A stretch of 43,353 nt of DNA, from positions 1-43,353 of the IMG/VR virus record IMGVR_UViG_3300037461_000389; one strand, written 5' to 3'. Shown here piece after piece: positions 34,372-43,353 of this stretch (the first letter of the stretch is position 1; every line of letters starts with the position of its first letter). Under the pieces are notes generated by a model. It saw nothing but the letters and a program-made list of their open reading frames with translations. It was not told the DNA's origin and did no database searches. This stretch comes from a virus. Taxonomy: Duplodnaviria; Caudoviricetes. A program made the translations under genes and the position numbers.

Positions 34372-34814
34372 TACCTTACCCTTGCCATGTGATAATAGTC
34401 GGCACCGTCCGGCCCGTACGCCCGGGCGCGGCCTTCAATCTCAAATCCCATCGCAATCAGAAACGATACCGCAGCCATCCACCCACAATGGGCCTTCGCC
34501 TCGATCCTTCGATAATTATACCGCCGTTCGATCAAGTTGATCATCTGTTTGGTTATTCGGTAGATCGCAAACCTATACCGCCGAGTATCGCGCGGGTAGA
34601 TCGCCCACGCCTCTCCCACACCATCCCAAAAAGGAACGACGCCGCCAACACCCACCACCTTGCCATCTTCGGTCGCGGTGAATGACTGGTCAGGGACCAC
34701 GGCTTGCTCAAGCCGTCGATCCAAGTTTGGCATCACCAATATCCCGGCATCGTGATCCGGGACGGGTATCTGTCGGAAATGTTCGGGATGGAATGGAATC
34801 AAGAGGACGCTCAT
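34371..34814 (-). CDS. GNAT-family acetyltransferase (gp13-like position)
   Basis: GVGGV...W.GVGEAW and MGFEIEG....YGPDGADY. Confidence 0.85.
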   Translation of the reverse strand: MSVLLIPFHPEHFRQIPVPDHDAGILVMPNLDRRLEQAVVPDQSFTATEDGKVVGVGGVVPFWDGVGEAWAIYPRDTRRYRFAIYRITKQMINLIERRYNYRRIEAKAHCGWMAAVSFLIAMGFEIEGRARAYGPDGADYYHMARVR

Positions 34815-37800
34815 TGGTCGTCCCCAATCTCGACCTTGGCAACCATCGACCGCGCGATCAGTGGGTGTGGTGTATCAGAAACGAGGTACATCATCGCATC
34901 TGTGACATGTGCCCCGCCTACCTCTTTCTGAACCACTCCGGTAAACGTGTCGCCCGGCGAAATTCCACTGACCGATTCAAGGGAGGATTCAGTATATCCA
35001 TGTTTGCACGGTCCAGAATTATAGAGGGACGTTGAGATTCGCACGATTCGCTTCTTGCGGGATCGCACCTCACCCTGAACGTCGGCACTAAACGGAGTAG
35101 GAGCCAGCGTTGCGGTGTATTCGATCCCTACCACGATATGCCTGCCATATTTTCCGGATGGGACAAACCCGGCGTACGATCCCTTGGTTACTGCATCCAA
35201 GTCCACAACCTCACGTCCATCCAGAATGGCAACCGCCGTGCCGTCGAGCGGATAGTCGCAGGGGACTCGGATATGGTCTATTGCCCACTCCAATGTCGCC
35301 GTTATGGATGAATAGTACCCATCCCCATCCTCAAGTACTAAGGCATCGTATTGGTCCTCGGTAAGCGTAACAGGATTGCTGGCCAAATCCCATAGCTCAT
35401 AAGTGTCACCGGATAGGTTTGTTCCGAGCCGACATACCGTCCCGCTCACGTCATAGTCAAGGTGTTCCAGCGACGAAATCAGATTACGAAGGATCACCGT
35501 GTCCCCCACAGCAATCGCATTGCCGGACGCACTGTCGTAGGCGTTCTCGATATCCGCAAGGTCAATCGTGACAGGATCGCCAAAGGCCGTAGTCCCGATT
35601 TTGTACATCAAGACGGGCGTTCCACGTTTCCGTTCGGAAGCGCAATGAAGAAAGACGATATCCTCGGGATCGTCAGAGATGGGGTCAAACCGTTCAATTC
35701 GTGGCTCGGTCTGGTATTCGGTTTCGCCAGAGCCGGGGGCGGGGGGTATGGTGGGCCTATTGACGAGGACGTACATGTCGTCGCCGTTTTCTCCGGGAAC
35801 AACACACGCCGATTTATATGATCCGTTTTGTGCGGTGTGGGTGTGCCATCCAAACACGTTTTGGCTACGCTCGTAAGTCATCCCAGCCATCGACCCATCG
35901 TCGCATACCGCCCACACAATCGGGTAGGGGGTTTGCATGTAAGCAAGTTGAACCACACCGCTCTCCGTCACCTGTGGCGCAAGTTCGGTCAAATCGTTCG
36001 CGACATAAGAATCCGACTCGATTGAATAGACGATTTCTCGAATCTTTCGGCTATGCCGCTGCACAAACAATATTGTGTTGCCTGCGATCAAGGGCATCAT
36101 GTCCGAGGATCCAAACGAGGACGGATTATCAACGCGGACGTTCTTCACGGTCAACGGCGACCCGTCAGCCCCCCGCATGTGGTGTTCCGAACCAGCCGTG
36201 CCAACAAACAGCGGGCCTCTGCCCAATATCCATTGAATGGAATCATGTGAATTAGAGTTGATCGAAAACGACTGCGCATCGTCGTCATCCAGTCCATCAC
36301 GGAAATTGTCATAATCATTAACTCGGCTGCGCCATACCTTTTCCGTTTCGACGGTTGTCCCGGCCAAACACAGCCTGCCCTCGTGAAAGGTGATCGCACG
36401 GGGGTATCCATTTGCCTCGGAAAACGACCCCTCTTTCCATGTTGCAGTCCATCGGTCCTGCTTATAGGCGGGTTGCACTTCATCGACATACGCACTGTAG
36501 GAGTCCGCAGCCCCTTCCTCGGTCACGCGGTATATACCCTCTTGGATGGTCCCCGTTGATTCTAAACTTGCTGTGGGGTAGCCAGTTCCAATATAGACAT
36601 ATCGGACACGATAATAGGCCCCTTCGCCTTGTGTCTCGACATCCTTCGTCTGAATAATGTTTCCGTCTTTTCGATACGCGGAAAACACGACTACCCACGG
36701 ATCGTCTATCTTCTCTTTCCACTCGACGGCGATACTGCCCTCCCAACTTCCCGAAGTGGTCAGTGACCACGATTTCACACAGTACAATACCGGAGATACC
36801 AGCGACCCCGACGAAAAGGTGTGATTCAATCTCTGATCGGTAAGATCGCGATAATGCCTCAAAAGAAACACCTGTCCCTTGCGATTCTCGAAAAACTTCT
36901 GCGTGCTGCTCTTTAGCGCCATGCGACCACCTATTCGCGTCACACACAGGGACACAGGTAGGCGCAGTGTGGCGGTCATGGGGTACATATAGATACTGGC
37001 CAGCGTGACCGTTCCAATGGCGAGATCAATATCGAATCTCAGATTGGACGGGTCGATTGCGATGATCGGATACCATCCATCCGTACCACCGGTCACGTCA
37101 AAATAGAGATAGGAGCCGACGACATACTGGTTGGGCCTCCACTTCGTAACCGTGATTCTGCATTTTCCGCCTCCACTTGTCACTGAACATCCGGATTCAA
37201 GGTTGGTCACTTCCCCGGATACTCCATTGAAAGTAACATCCGGAAACTGCACTACCGTTCCGCCGCTGTCGGGAAGAATGGGGGCGTATTTCCATTCCGT
37301 ATCGAGAATCACATAATCATTCGTATAGGACGACACATTGTAAAGGCCCTGCGCGTATGGTTTGGGAACGTCCTGCCACCACCCTACATGATACGACGAC
37401 CATGTAAAATTCGTCACGGCGACATTATTAACTGTGTCGATGGAAAGTATATAGGTCTTATGATCGCCCTTGTTATTCCCTTGGGAATCATACAGGGGGC
37501 TTACGAAATATTCCCCTACTGAAAACATTCGTACGTCACTTCCATTGGCGGCATAACCTTGCAGCCCAACTGCCGTTCGCCCGTTATATGACACGGGAAT
37601 CCACATGAACCGTGGGGTAACAGGAGCAGACTCACTGCCAACAGGAGTCGTCCATGCTGGCAACTCAAGAGACACCTGTCCAGAAGAATATGTCGTGAAC
37701 GCTCCGGTCTTGGTTAGCTTCAATTTGCCCGTTCCAGTATCCTTGCTGGCAACACAATCCACAGCCCTGTACTGTATATTGGACGTGTTGGGAAACACAA

Positions 37801-38884
37801 AAGTCAGATCAATATCATTGTACGAAGCCCCAACTTCTTCCACTTCATAGTCGTCGCCCGTATAACGATCCGTCGAAAATCGCACGCCCGCCGTAGTCCC
37901 CACCGCCGTTGCCCCCAACAGATCGGGTTTGACCAATCTCACCTTCGCTGTCGGTGACGGCGCATCGGGACACACATAGCATCCCTCGACATACCCCTTG
38001 ACCTCCACATCACGCATCGGCCCATAATCAAATCGGGACTCCTCGTGAATCCACTCATACCGCCCATACCGTTTCAACTTGCTCGGCATTTGAGTCGGAC
38101 AGGCCAGAAACAGAACGTCGTTCTGCTGTGTCCATTGTAAGTGCTTTGGGTCTTTAATCAGCGTTGGAAATTCAAAGACAATGACATTCACATGTGCGTC
38201 GGTTGTGTCGCTTGTGTACGTCAGATCAATGGTCACTGCGCTATATGTGCCCGGCGTCACCGCGACCACCTTGTAGAATCCCGTGGTATAAACGTGTTCA
38301 AAATAGACATAGACCCAGTCATTGATATTCAGCCCGGCGTAATCGCCGCCATGCCCGGATATCTTCACGCGGTTGCTGGTTGGATCGTCTTGGCTGACAT
38401 CGCCCGTCCCAATCGCATCGGCGATCTGCTGATACCATCTCCGGTTCGCCACGTCGTCTGTGAACACGGGGCTGGATTCGTGAGTTGTTAAACAAACATA
38501 GGGGGCTTCCCCGGCTACGGGCGCATGGACAAAATCGCCTCGGGAATAAGAGGTTGCGGCGGCCCACGTTGTGATGGTTGCACTTTCACCCACAACAAAT
38601 GGCTTGCCATCCCTGAACAGTCGACCATAGCGGACACCAAGCTCCATTGCATAGGTATCGAGCGCGCTGTACAGGAATGGGACCAGTACTGCATCTTCGC
38701 TCTTGGCATCGGCCACATACCGCGTCCCGGGCATCTTCATCGCTGGCCCATAGGGGCTGACTATCATATTCTCAGCGGTCTTGCATCCAAGATGATATTT
38801 GTCGAGATCAGACCGATCCATCAGCATATCGGTCAATATGCCAGCATTAAAGCTCTTTTGAATCGTATCGTATCGAATCCCCAT
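34811..38884 (-). CDS. Tail tubular protein B (nozzle), enlarged by insertions
   Basis: SFNAG.L...R.DL..Y...C....N....G....PGT N-terminus. GYPRAITFHEGRL, LFVGT...E, LFVQR..RK, DLT.LA, AWH-like GWHTH. Confidence 0.9.
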   Translation of the reverse strand: MGIRYDTIQKSFNAGILTDMLMDRSDLDKYHLGCKTAENMIVSPYGPAMKMPGTRYVADAKSEDAVLVPFLYSALDTYAMELGVRYGRLFRDGKPFVVGESATITTWAAATSYSRGDFVHAPVAGEAPYVCLTTHESSPVFTDDVANRRWYQQIADAIGTGDVSQDDPTSNRVKISGHGGDYAGLNINDWVYVYFEHVYTTGFYKVVAVTPGTYSAVTIDLTYTSDTTDAHVNVIVFEFPTLIKDPKHLQWTQQNDVLFLACPTQMPSKLKRYGRYEWIHEESRFDYGPMRDVEVKGYVEGCYVCPDAPSPTAKVRLVKPDLLGATAVGTTAGVRFSTDRYTGDDYEVEEVGASYNDIDLTFVFPNTSNIQYRAVDCVASKDTGTGKLKLTKTGAFTTYSSGQVSLELPAWTTPVGSESAPVTPRFMWIPVSYNGRTAVGLQGYAANGSDVRMFSVGEYFVSPLYDSQGNNKGDHKTYILSIDTVNNVAVTNFTWSSYHVGWWQDVPKPYAQGLYNVSSYTNDYVILDTEWKYAPILPDSGGTVVQFPDVTFNGVSGEVTNLESGCSVTSGGGKCRITVTKWRPNQYVVGSYLYFDVTGGTDGWYPIIAIDPSNLRFDIDLAIGTVTLASIYMYPMTATLRLPVSLCVTRIGGRMALKSSTQKFFENRKGQVFLLRHYRDLTDQRLNHTFSSGSLVSPVLYCVKSWSLTTSGSWEGSIAVEWKEKIDDPWVVVFSAYRKDGNIIQTKDVETQGEGAYYRVRYVYIGTGYPTASLESTGTIQEGIYRVTEEGAADSYSAYVDEVQPAYKQDRWTATWKEGSFSEANGYPRAITFHEGRLCLAGTTVETEKVWRSRVNDYDNFRDGLDDDDAQSFSINSNSHDSIQWILGRGPLFVGTAGSEHHMRGADGSPLTVKNVRVDNPSSFGSSDMMPLIAGNTILFVQRHSRKIREIVYSIESDSYVANDLTELAPQVTESGVVQLAYMQTPYPIVWAVCDDGSMAGMTYERSQNVFGWHTHTAQNGSYKSACVVPGENGDDMYVLVNRPTIPPAPGSGETEYQTEPRIERFDPISDDPEDIVFLHCASERKRGTPVLMYKIGTTAFGDPVTIDLADIENAYDSASGNAIAVGDTVILRNLISSLEHLDYDVSGTVCRLGTNLSGDTYELWDLASNPVTLTEDQYDALVLEDGDGYYSSITATLEWAIDHIRVPCDYPLDGTAVAILDGREVVDLDAVTKGSYAGFVPSGKYGRHIVVGIEYTATLAPTPFSADVQGEVRSRKKRIVRISTSLYNSGPCKHGYTESSLESVSGISPGDTFTGVVQKEVGGAHVTDAMMYLVSDTPHPLIARSMVAKVEIGDDQ

Positions 38885-38887
38885 TGG

Positions 38888-39523
38888 TTAGCCCCAGCTT
38901 TCGGTCCAGTCTTTGTTTCCCTCATCCGCTTCATGGGACGCACCAGCAAGTCCAGCTTCGGCCATAGCTCGTGGGAGATCGTATTGCTCATACTCTTGCA
39001 GCAAGTCGGCCTTTGTGCGCGTCGATCCGACAACGCGAGGGGCCAACTCCGCCGCCAGCATCGTCACCATCGCCCGCCGCAACTGTGGGGGATAGGACGC
39101 GGGGTCGTTGTTTTCGTAGACATAAATGCAATACGCCTCGTCGGAATTGCAGAGAATTTTCGGGGCGGTATCGTCAGAGGGAATTTGCTCAATCTTCCAA
39201 GGCAGATGATTGCCGCCCTCGTCGACAACATCGACAATGCGGATCATGGTTTCATCCGATGGATAATCGAACATATAGGCCCATTCCGCATCGGGCATTG
39301 TCAGCGTGTGCGTTTCGTCCAGCACCAACTCCTCTCGAATCAGGGCGCACGGCCAGTCTGCCCGCATCAGCACCGCGTCGCGAGCTTGCGGCCAAAACCG
39401 CTGGGCTATCAGATCATTGCTGCCCGTTCCCGTCATGCTGGATAGCGGTTCGGCACCAATCGTCATCAGGGCCATATTGACCAGCCCCGTTACCGTCTTA
39501 TAGCTTTGGTCATTGTCGGACAT
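38888..39523 (-). CDS. Tail tubular protein A (adaptor)
   Basis: LVNMAL..IGA, RDAVL...DWPCA, W.Y.F.YPSD, LAAELA. Start 39523 overlaps the upstream stop (TGATG). Confidence 0.88.
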   Translation of the reverse strand: MSDNDQSYKTVTGLVNMALMTIGAEPLSSMTGTGSNDLIAQRFWPQARDAVLMRADWPCALIREELVLDETHTLTMPDAEWAYMFDYPSDETMIRIVDVVDEGGNHLPWKIEQIPSDDTAPKILCNSDEAYCIYVYENNDPASYPPQLRRAMVTMLAAELAPRVVGSTRTKADLLQEYEQYDLPRAMAEAGLAGASHEADEGNKDWTESWG

Positions 39524-39741
39524 CAATCTCTCCCGGATAGTGTCATGAGATAGGTAAGACACTGATCTATTTTGGTTTTCAGCGTATAAATTTCAGAATA
39601 CAGGATCGACATGTCGACATAAGCTATGGCACTCAGGGGCAACCATGCAATCAGCTTCCGGTCGCCCACGGACACGCTACCGTCTGACGAGGGTGGCAGA
39701 CCCGCAATACTTCGCCTTAAATCAGTCGGTAACAACGCCAT
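39523..39741 (-). CDS. Small hypothetical structural-operon protein
   Basis: Stop/start overlaps on both sides. Confidence 0.6.
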   Translation of the reverse strand: MALLPTDLRRSIAGLPPSSDGSVSVGDRKLIAWLPLSAIAYVDMSILYSEIYTLKTKIDQCLTYLMTLSGRD

Positions 39742-40733
39742 TACACTGCCGCCTTCGCTTCGCCGATGGTTAATTCGGTACCGCTATCCGAATACGTTTG
39801 TTCGCACATCTTAGACGACTCATCTCTCATGAAAATCTGGAACTTGTCGATTGTGGTCACGTTCTTATTAAACAGACGTCGATATATCCAGTTTACCGCC
39901 TGAGTCAGCGTCGGACTGTCGGGAGAATCGCCCGCAGACGGCTCAGCCAACGCCGCATCAATCCCGCTTACGATTGCGATAACGGTTGGAACCGCCGCCG
40001 TTATGCTGGCTTTCTGTAATGCTCCAAAGTCGATATTGGCCTGCGAAACAACATTGACGCCAAGCTGCGCGAGGGCGGTGTTGACGGCTGCCCCGGCAAT
40101 CTTGGTCACATTGACCGCCTGATCCGTTGGGGGAGTTACCGCATCCGTTACCGCCTTGATGGTTGTGCCGCTCCAGTTTTGCGAGTAGGTTGGATTTTGC
40201 GTTTGGGCCAGATCAATTCCAATCCGCCCGGTTACGGGGTTTAGTTGTCCCGCTCCCGTTCCACTCGTAATCAGTCCGTTCGCCGCACCCGCCGCATAAT
40301 TGGGCAAGGAGGTCAGGCCTGCACGGACGGAGTCTTGGAAATCAGCACGAGTCAGAAGAATCTGAAGATCACATTGAGCCGCCCCGGACGCACCGAGAAT
40401 GGATACGATCAGGCTGGTTGCGTTCGCAACAGCAAATCGCGCATCGGCAATCTGTATCTCGTACACCCCGGGATGATTCGTTGCATCCACTTCTTTGAAG
40501 CGACACTTCCCGGAGGTTGGGGCCGCATACGTCCCGAGGGTGGAAATCGTTTCGATGTTTCCAGCCGCCGCCGTGTAGACCGTAGCCGACGCCTCATTGT
40601 TGGCAATCGTGGAGATAATCAGGCCGGTCGAGGAATACGTCAATCCAGTTTTTCCAGCGTTGGTCGTCACGGATGTGTCGGCGATCTTGACCCGGATGAT
40701 GTTGGACGTTCGATTAAAAGTAATGATTTCCAT
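39741..40733 (-). CDS. Putative virion/tail appendage protein
   Basis: Thr/Ala-rich, beta-sandwich-like N-terminus (GKTGL...EVDATNHPGVYE). Coupled within the late operon. Confidence 0.55.
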   Translation of the reverse strand: MEIITFNRTSNIIRVKIADTSVTTNAGKTGLTYSSTGLIISTIANNEASATVYTAAAGNIETISTLGTYAAPTSGKCRFKEVDATNHPGVYEIQIADARFAVANATSLIVSILGASGAAQCDLQILLTRADFQDSVRAGLTSLPNYAAGAANGLITSGTGAGQLNPVTGRIGIDLAQTQNPTYSQNWSGTTIKAVTDAVTPPTDQAVNVTKIAGAAVNTALAQLGVNVVSQANIDFGALQKASITAAVPTVIAIVSGIDAALAEPSAGDSPDSPTLTQAVNWIYRRLFNKNVTTIDKFQIFMRDESSKMCEQTYSDSGTELTIGEAKAAV

Positions 40734-42814
40734 TACATGAAACCCCCACTCATGACAGACATGCCAGCGTCCATCGAGTTTTTGATTGATCCGATTAGGT
40801 TATATTCGTAGCAGCCGAGGTCGTCGGCCAATCCTTTAGGCCGGACGACACCGAGAAGGTCGTCGGATGGGGCATACGTTGACTCTCCGGCATCTATAGC
40901 CGCAGACCCCGCCGCCAATTCATAGTTTGATCCCCAAGTACGAAACAGGGCTTGAAACGCCGTGTCGCCAAGCTCGTCCTCATTGGTGGATTCCGAGAAG
41001 GCGTAGGAGTGAGTCCCCGTCGCATTGGACCAGTCCCCAAACAGATTGTAGTCGTGATTCCATACCCTTGAATAATCCCCGCTCGTTCCGCCGTTCGTGT
41101 CGTCTTTGTCTAACAGCAAACCCTCAATGAGATTGCCATACATATTGCACACGATTGAGTTGGTGTTTTGTGTGTCAGAGTGGGCCAAGCCCAACCGCAT
41201 ATCGGTTGATCCGAGGATCGTGTTGTAATACAGATCAAGCCCCGTCGTCCCGTCCGACTCCGTTCCGTCGATCATCAGCGGGCATCCCGTCCCGCCATAA
41301 AACAGATTATTACGCAGTACAATATCCGGATACGCGGCATGGATAATGAAACTTGTGTTGGCAGTAAAGGTTTCGGGGACGAATGTTGCCGGGCCGACTG
41401 TGATCCCAAACGGCGTCGTCGTGTCGAGCGATATGACCGTAAACGTCCCATTGTAATTGGTAGTTCCGGATATTGTTACACTATCACCAACCACGAAAAT
41501 CCCGGATGGGGACGCGGCCAACGGAAGATACACATTGTCCCCATCATCGACGGCATCCCCCGCCGCCAAGGGCCAATCCCTGTTATAAATACTCATCCCC
41601 TGATCCTTCCAATCGTAGAGGATGTTGCGCTCGAACACGACATTGGAAGCATCGTTAGCGTTCGAAACCATAACCAGATCGCGGCCCCCCTGATATATGT
41701 ACCCGGCCACGTTGGTTGAATTTCCAGTTCCGGCTGATGTCGAAAGCGTGATCGTGTTGGCCGATTGATTCAAGACCGTATAGTTTCCCGGAGTCATGTT
41801 TGTGCCGCCGGTAATCACGAACGTCGAGCCGATAGCCACGCTCCCGAACGCACCGGACTTCGTAATCACCCCTGTCGAATCATCATACGCCCCATCGGTA
41901 ATAATGACTTCGCTCTTTCCATGAAAAGAACAATTCTGTACCAACAGATCAGTCAATCGCGGGCCGGAAATATTAAGGTGATCCTCACGGCAGTTTGTAA
42001 ACTCACTGTTTTTGACCGTCCAATACGAGTTTCTGGTGAGTGTCATGCCGCGCCATGTATCACGGATCACGCAATGATCGAATGTGGCATAGTCGAATAA
42101 ATCGGCGGTCGATGATACGGCGACGACATTCGGAGTCAACTGGTAATTATCCAGATCAAAGGTGCAATAGTCAAAGTAGGCATAAGTCCCCGCCTTCATG
42201 GACGCGCCCGAAGCGATCCAGACATATCCCTCCACATTCGTTGAGTCGCCCGTTCCGGGGGCCGCCGTGAATACGAGCGAGTCGTCACCTGTTACAGAGG
42301 TGATTTGATAATCGCCCGGGGTCATATTTGTGCCACTGGTCACATGGAAGTACATCGGCGGATTTGAAATCACGTTCGGAAATGAATCTGTCAAGGTGAT
42401 CGTCTTGGTGGAATGAGTGTATGAGGCCCCCGACACGGTATTAAATCGGCCACGAAACACGATTGGATTCGTAAGACTCTCACCCACCATCTTGACGTTT
42501 GTGTACCGCGAAAAACTGTCATTCAGCAGGAAAAAGTCGAACACCACCGTCGCACCAGTAGCGGCCTGAAACGTGATATAGTTCCCGGCAGTCCGGCCCG
42601 CCAGCGTGTAATTGTCGAGATTGAAAGAATAATTCCCCGTCGCGATCATCACCGTGTCGCCGCCGACGATAGTCCCCAACTGCATCTTTCGCAAGACGCC
42701 GACCGTGTTGGTTTTGCCGAATGTTTTCAGCGGCCCATGCCCACCCCCATAGGTGGCAGCAAGCCCATCGTAAGAATCATCGCCATTAACGGCATCGACA
42801 TAATACGTTGTCAT
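40733..42814 (-). CDS. Right-handed beta-helix (pectin-lyase-like) tailspike/depolymerase-like protein
   Basis: N-terminal TYYVDAVNGDD, GDTV.I..G.Y, repeated V..N.F / N..Y.NT rungs, C-terminal L..GS.AIDAG...D..G..R.....D.G.YE. Confidence 0.78.
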   Translation of the reverse strand: MTTYYVDAVNGDDSYDGLAATYGGGHGPLKTFGKTNTVGVLRKMQLGTIVGGDTVMIATGNYSFNLDNYTLAGRTAGNYITFQAATGATVVFDFFLLNDSFSRYTNVKMVGESLTNPIVFRGRFNTVSGASYTHSTKTITLTDSFPNVISNPPMYFHVTSGTNMTPGDYQITSVTGDDSLVFTAAPGTGDSTNVEGYVWIASGASMKAGTYAYFDYCTFDLDNYQLTPNVVAVSSTADLFDYATFDHCVIRDTWRGMTLTRNSYWTVKNSEFTNCREDHLNISGPRLTDLLVQNCSFHGKSEVIITDGAYDDSTGVITKSGAFGSVAIGSTFVITGGTNMTPGNYTVLNQSANTITLSTSAGTGNSTNVAGYIYQGGRDLVMVSNANDASNVVFERNILYDWKDQGMSIYNRDWPLAAGDAVDDGDNVYLPLAASPSGIFVVGDSVTISGTTNYNGTFTVISLDTTTPFGITVGPATFVPETFTANTSFIIHAAYPDIVLRNNLFYGGTGCPLMIDGTESDGTTGLDLYYNTILGSTDMRLGLAHSDTQNTNSIVCNMYGNLIEGLLLDKDDTNGGTSGDYSRVWNHDYNLFGDWSNATGTHSYAFSESTNEDELGDTAFQALFRTWGSNYELAAGSAAIDAGESTYAPSDDLLGVVRPKGLADDLGCYEYNLIGSIKNSMDAGMSVMSGGFM

Positions 42815-42876
42815 GGTTGTGACTTTCGATCAAGGTGGGGCCGTCCATCCTTCCGACAGACGGCCCAGACCCGCCA

Positions 42877-43113
42877 CTACTGTTTACCAATGTCTTTGAA
42901 CACGAACGCGAACGCTGTCCCGACCAGAGATACGACGATCACGCCGACAAACCACACAATGGCCTTGACGACTTGCTCCACTTTGGCCATCCGAGTCAAC
43001 ACCGGAGGATATCCGTTCCCTGATATTAACACCTTGCGAATCTCACTTACGTTTGAGGCGATTTCTTCCAGTTTCGGCTGGCAGACTTTTTCGTATAGCT
43101 CATTATGGTTCAA
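42877..43113 (-). CDS. Holin-like small membrane protein
   Basis: Coiled coil, GNG.P, one C-terminal TM segment (IVWFVGVIVVSLVGTAFAFVF). RBS GGAGGTG before TTG. Confidence 0.5.
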   Translation of the reverse strand: MNHNELYEKVCQPKLEEIASNVSEIRKVLISGNGYPPVLTRMAKVEQVVKAIVWFVGVIVVSLVGTAFAFVFKDIGKQ

Positions 43114-43154
43114 ACTGTCACCTCCATTCGCTTCATTGTCACCTTGTTATTCGT

Positions 43155-43353
43155 TTAGTTCATTACTGGATTTCCATACCTCGTCCGGTCCCATCCGGCG
43201 GTCCATCCTTCACCAAGCACGGGCACGCCAACCGTACCACTCAGGATCGACACCACCTCGGCATCTGAAAGTCGGAATGGGATAAAGGCATATCCGGCCT
43301 CTGGTCCACCAGCCATTGATCCATCGAAATGCACACCCGGGAATTGATTCGCC
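43155..43353 (-). CDS. 3' part of the 76-aa hypothetical protein spanning the window junction
   Basis: Open frame from the right edge to TAA at 43157-43155, in frame with the ATG at 32. Confidence 0.75.
   Translation of the reverse strand, partial: ANQFPGVHFDGSMAGGPEAGYAFIPFRLSDAEVVSILSGTVGVPVLGEGWTAGWDRTRYGNPVMN

Larger units (their letters stand above)
1..43353. mobile_element. Complete (circular) temperate phage genome with podovirus-like (BPP-1/T7-type portal and tail tubular) morphogenesis
   Basis: Full set of head, tail, packaging, replication and integration genes with no host housekeeping genes. An ORF is continuous across the 43353/1 junction. An intact attP-like site sits next to the integrase. 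Confidence 0.93.

Noticed and set aside
782-43285. Numerous long antisense/alternate-frame ORFs (e.g. 782-1663, 3512-4396, 26167-27237, 38525-39445)
   Set aside because: They are shadows of well-supported genes on the opposite strand in GC-rich DNA, with no RBS or recognisable motifs.
1-43353. Diversity-generating retroelement, as in BPP-1 whose structural genes this phage resembles
   Set aside because: No reverse transcriptase motif and no TR/VR pair differing at adenines was seen. The tailspike internal repeats are diverged at all base types.

Overview
The window appears to be a complete, circularly permuted ~43.35 kb temperate podovirus-type phage genome: joining base 43353 to base 1 restores an intact 76-aa minus-strand ORF with its own RBS. 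The minus-strand late operon has BPP-1/T7-like synteny: terS, terL, portal, scaffold, major capsid and cement protein, then across the join a holin-like protein, a beta-helix tailspike-like protein, tail tubular A/B, GNAT and three internal-virion proteins, including a 2693-aa polyvalent protein. The plus strand carries an early block (DUF932, small ORFs, XRE) and a recombination/replication block (RHH, excisionase, Sak4-like ATPase, NinB-like, gp157, SSB, ParB-HTH, SF2 helicase, primase, nuclease). An accessory block follows (Nmad1-like, lipoprotein, PAPS-reductase family, Tad1 anti-defence sponge). A tyrosine integrase sits beside an attP that carries the 3' half of tRNA-Glu(TTC). The most unusual features are: (1) a parS-like palindrome both inside the ParA-less ParB gene and just upstream of terL; (2) an attenuator-like RNA leader with an intrinsic terminator in front of the capsid gene; (3) a chain of ATGA-coupled micro-ORFs plus a 26-bp direct repeat around the PAPS-reductase gene; (4) an apparently RHH-based lysogeny switch; (5) a divergent Tad1; (6) no recognisable endolysin. 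All family calls come from motif recognition and synteny by eye; no searches were run. A Planctomycetota host is only a tentative inference.
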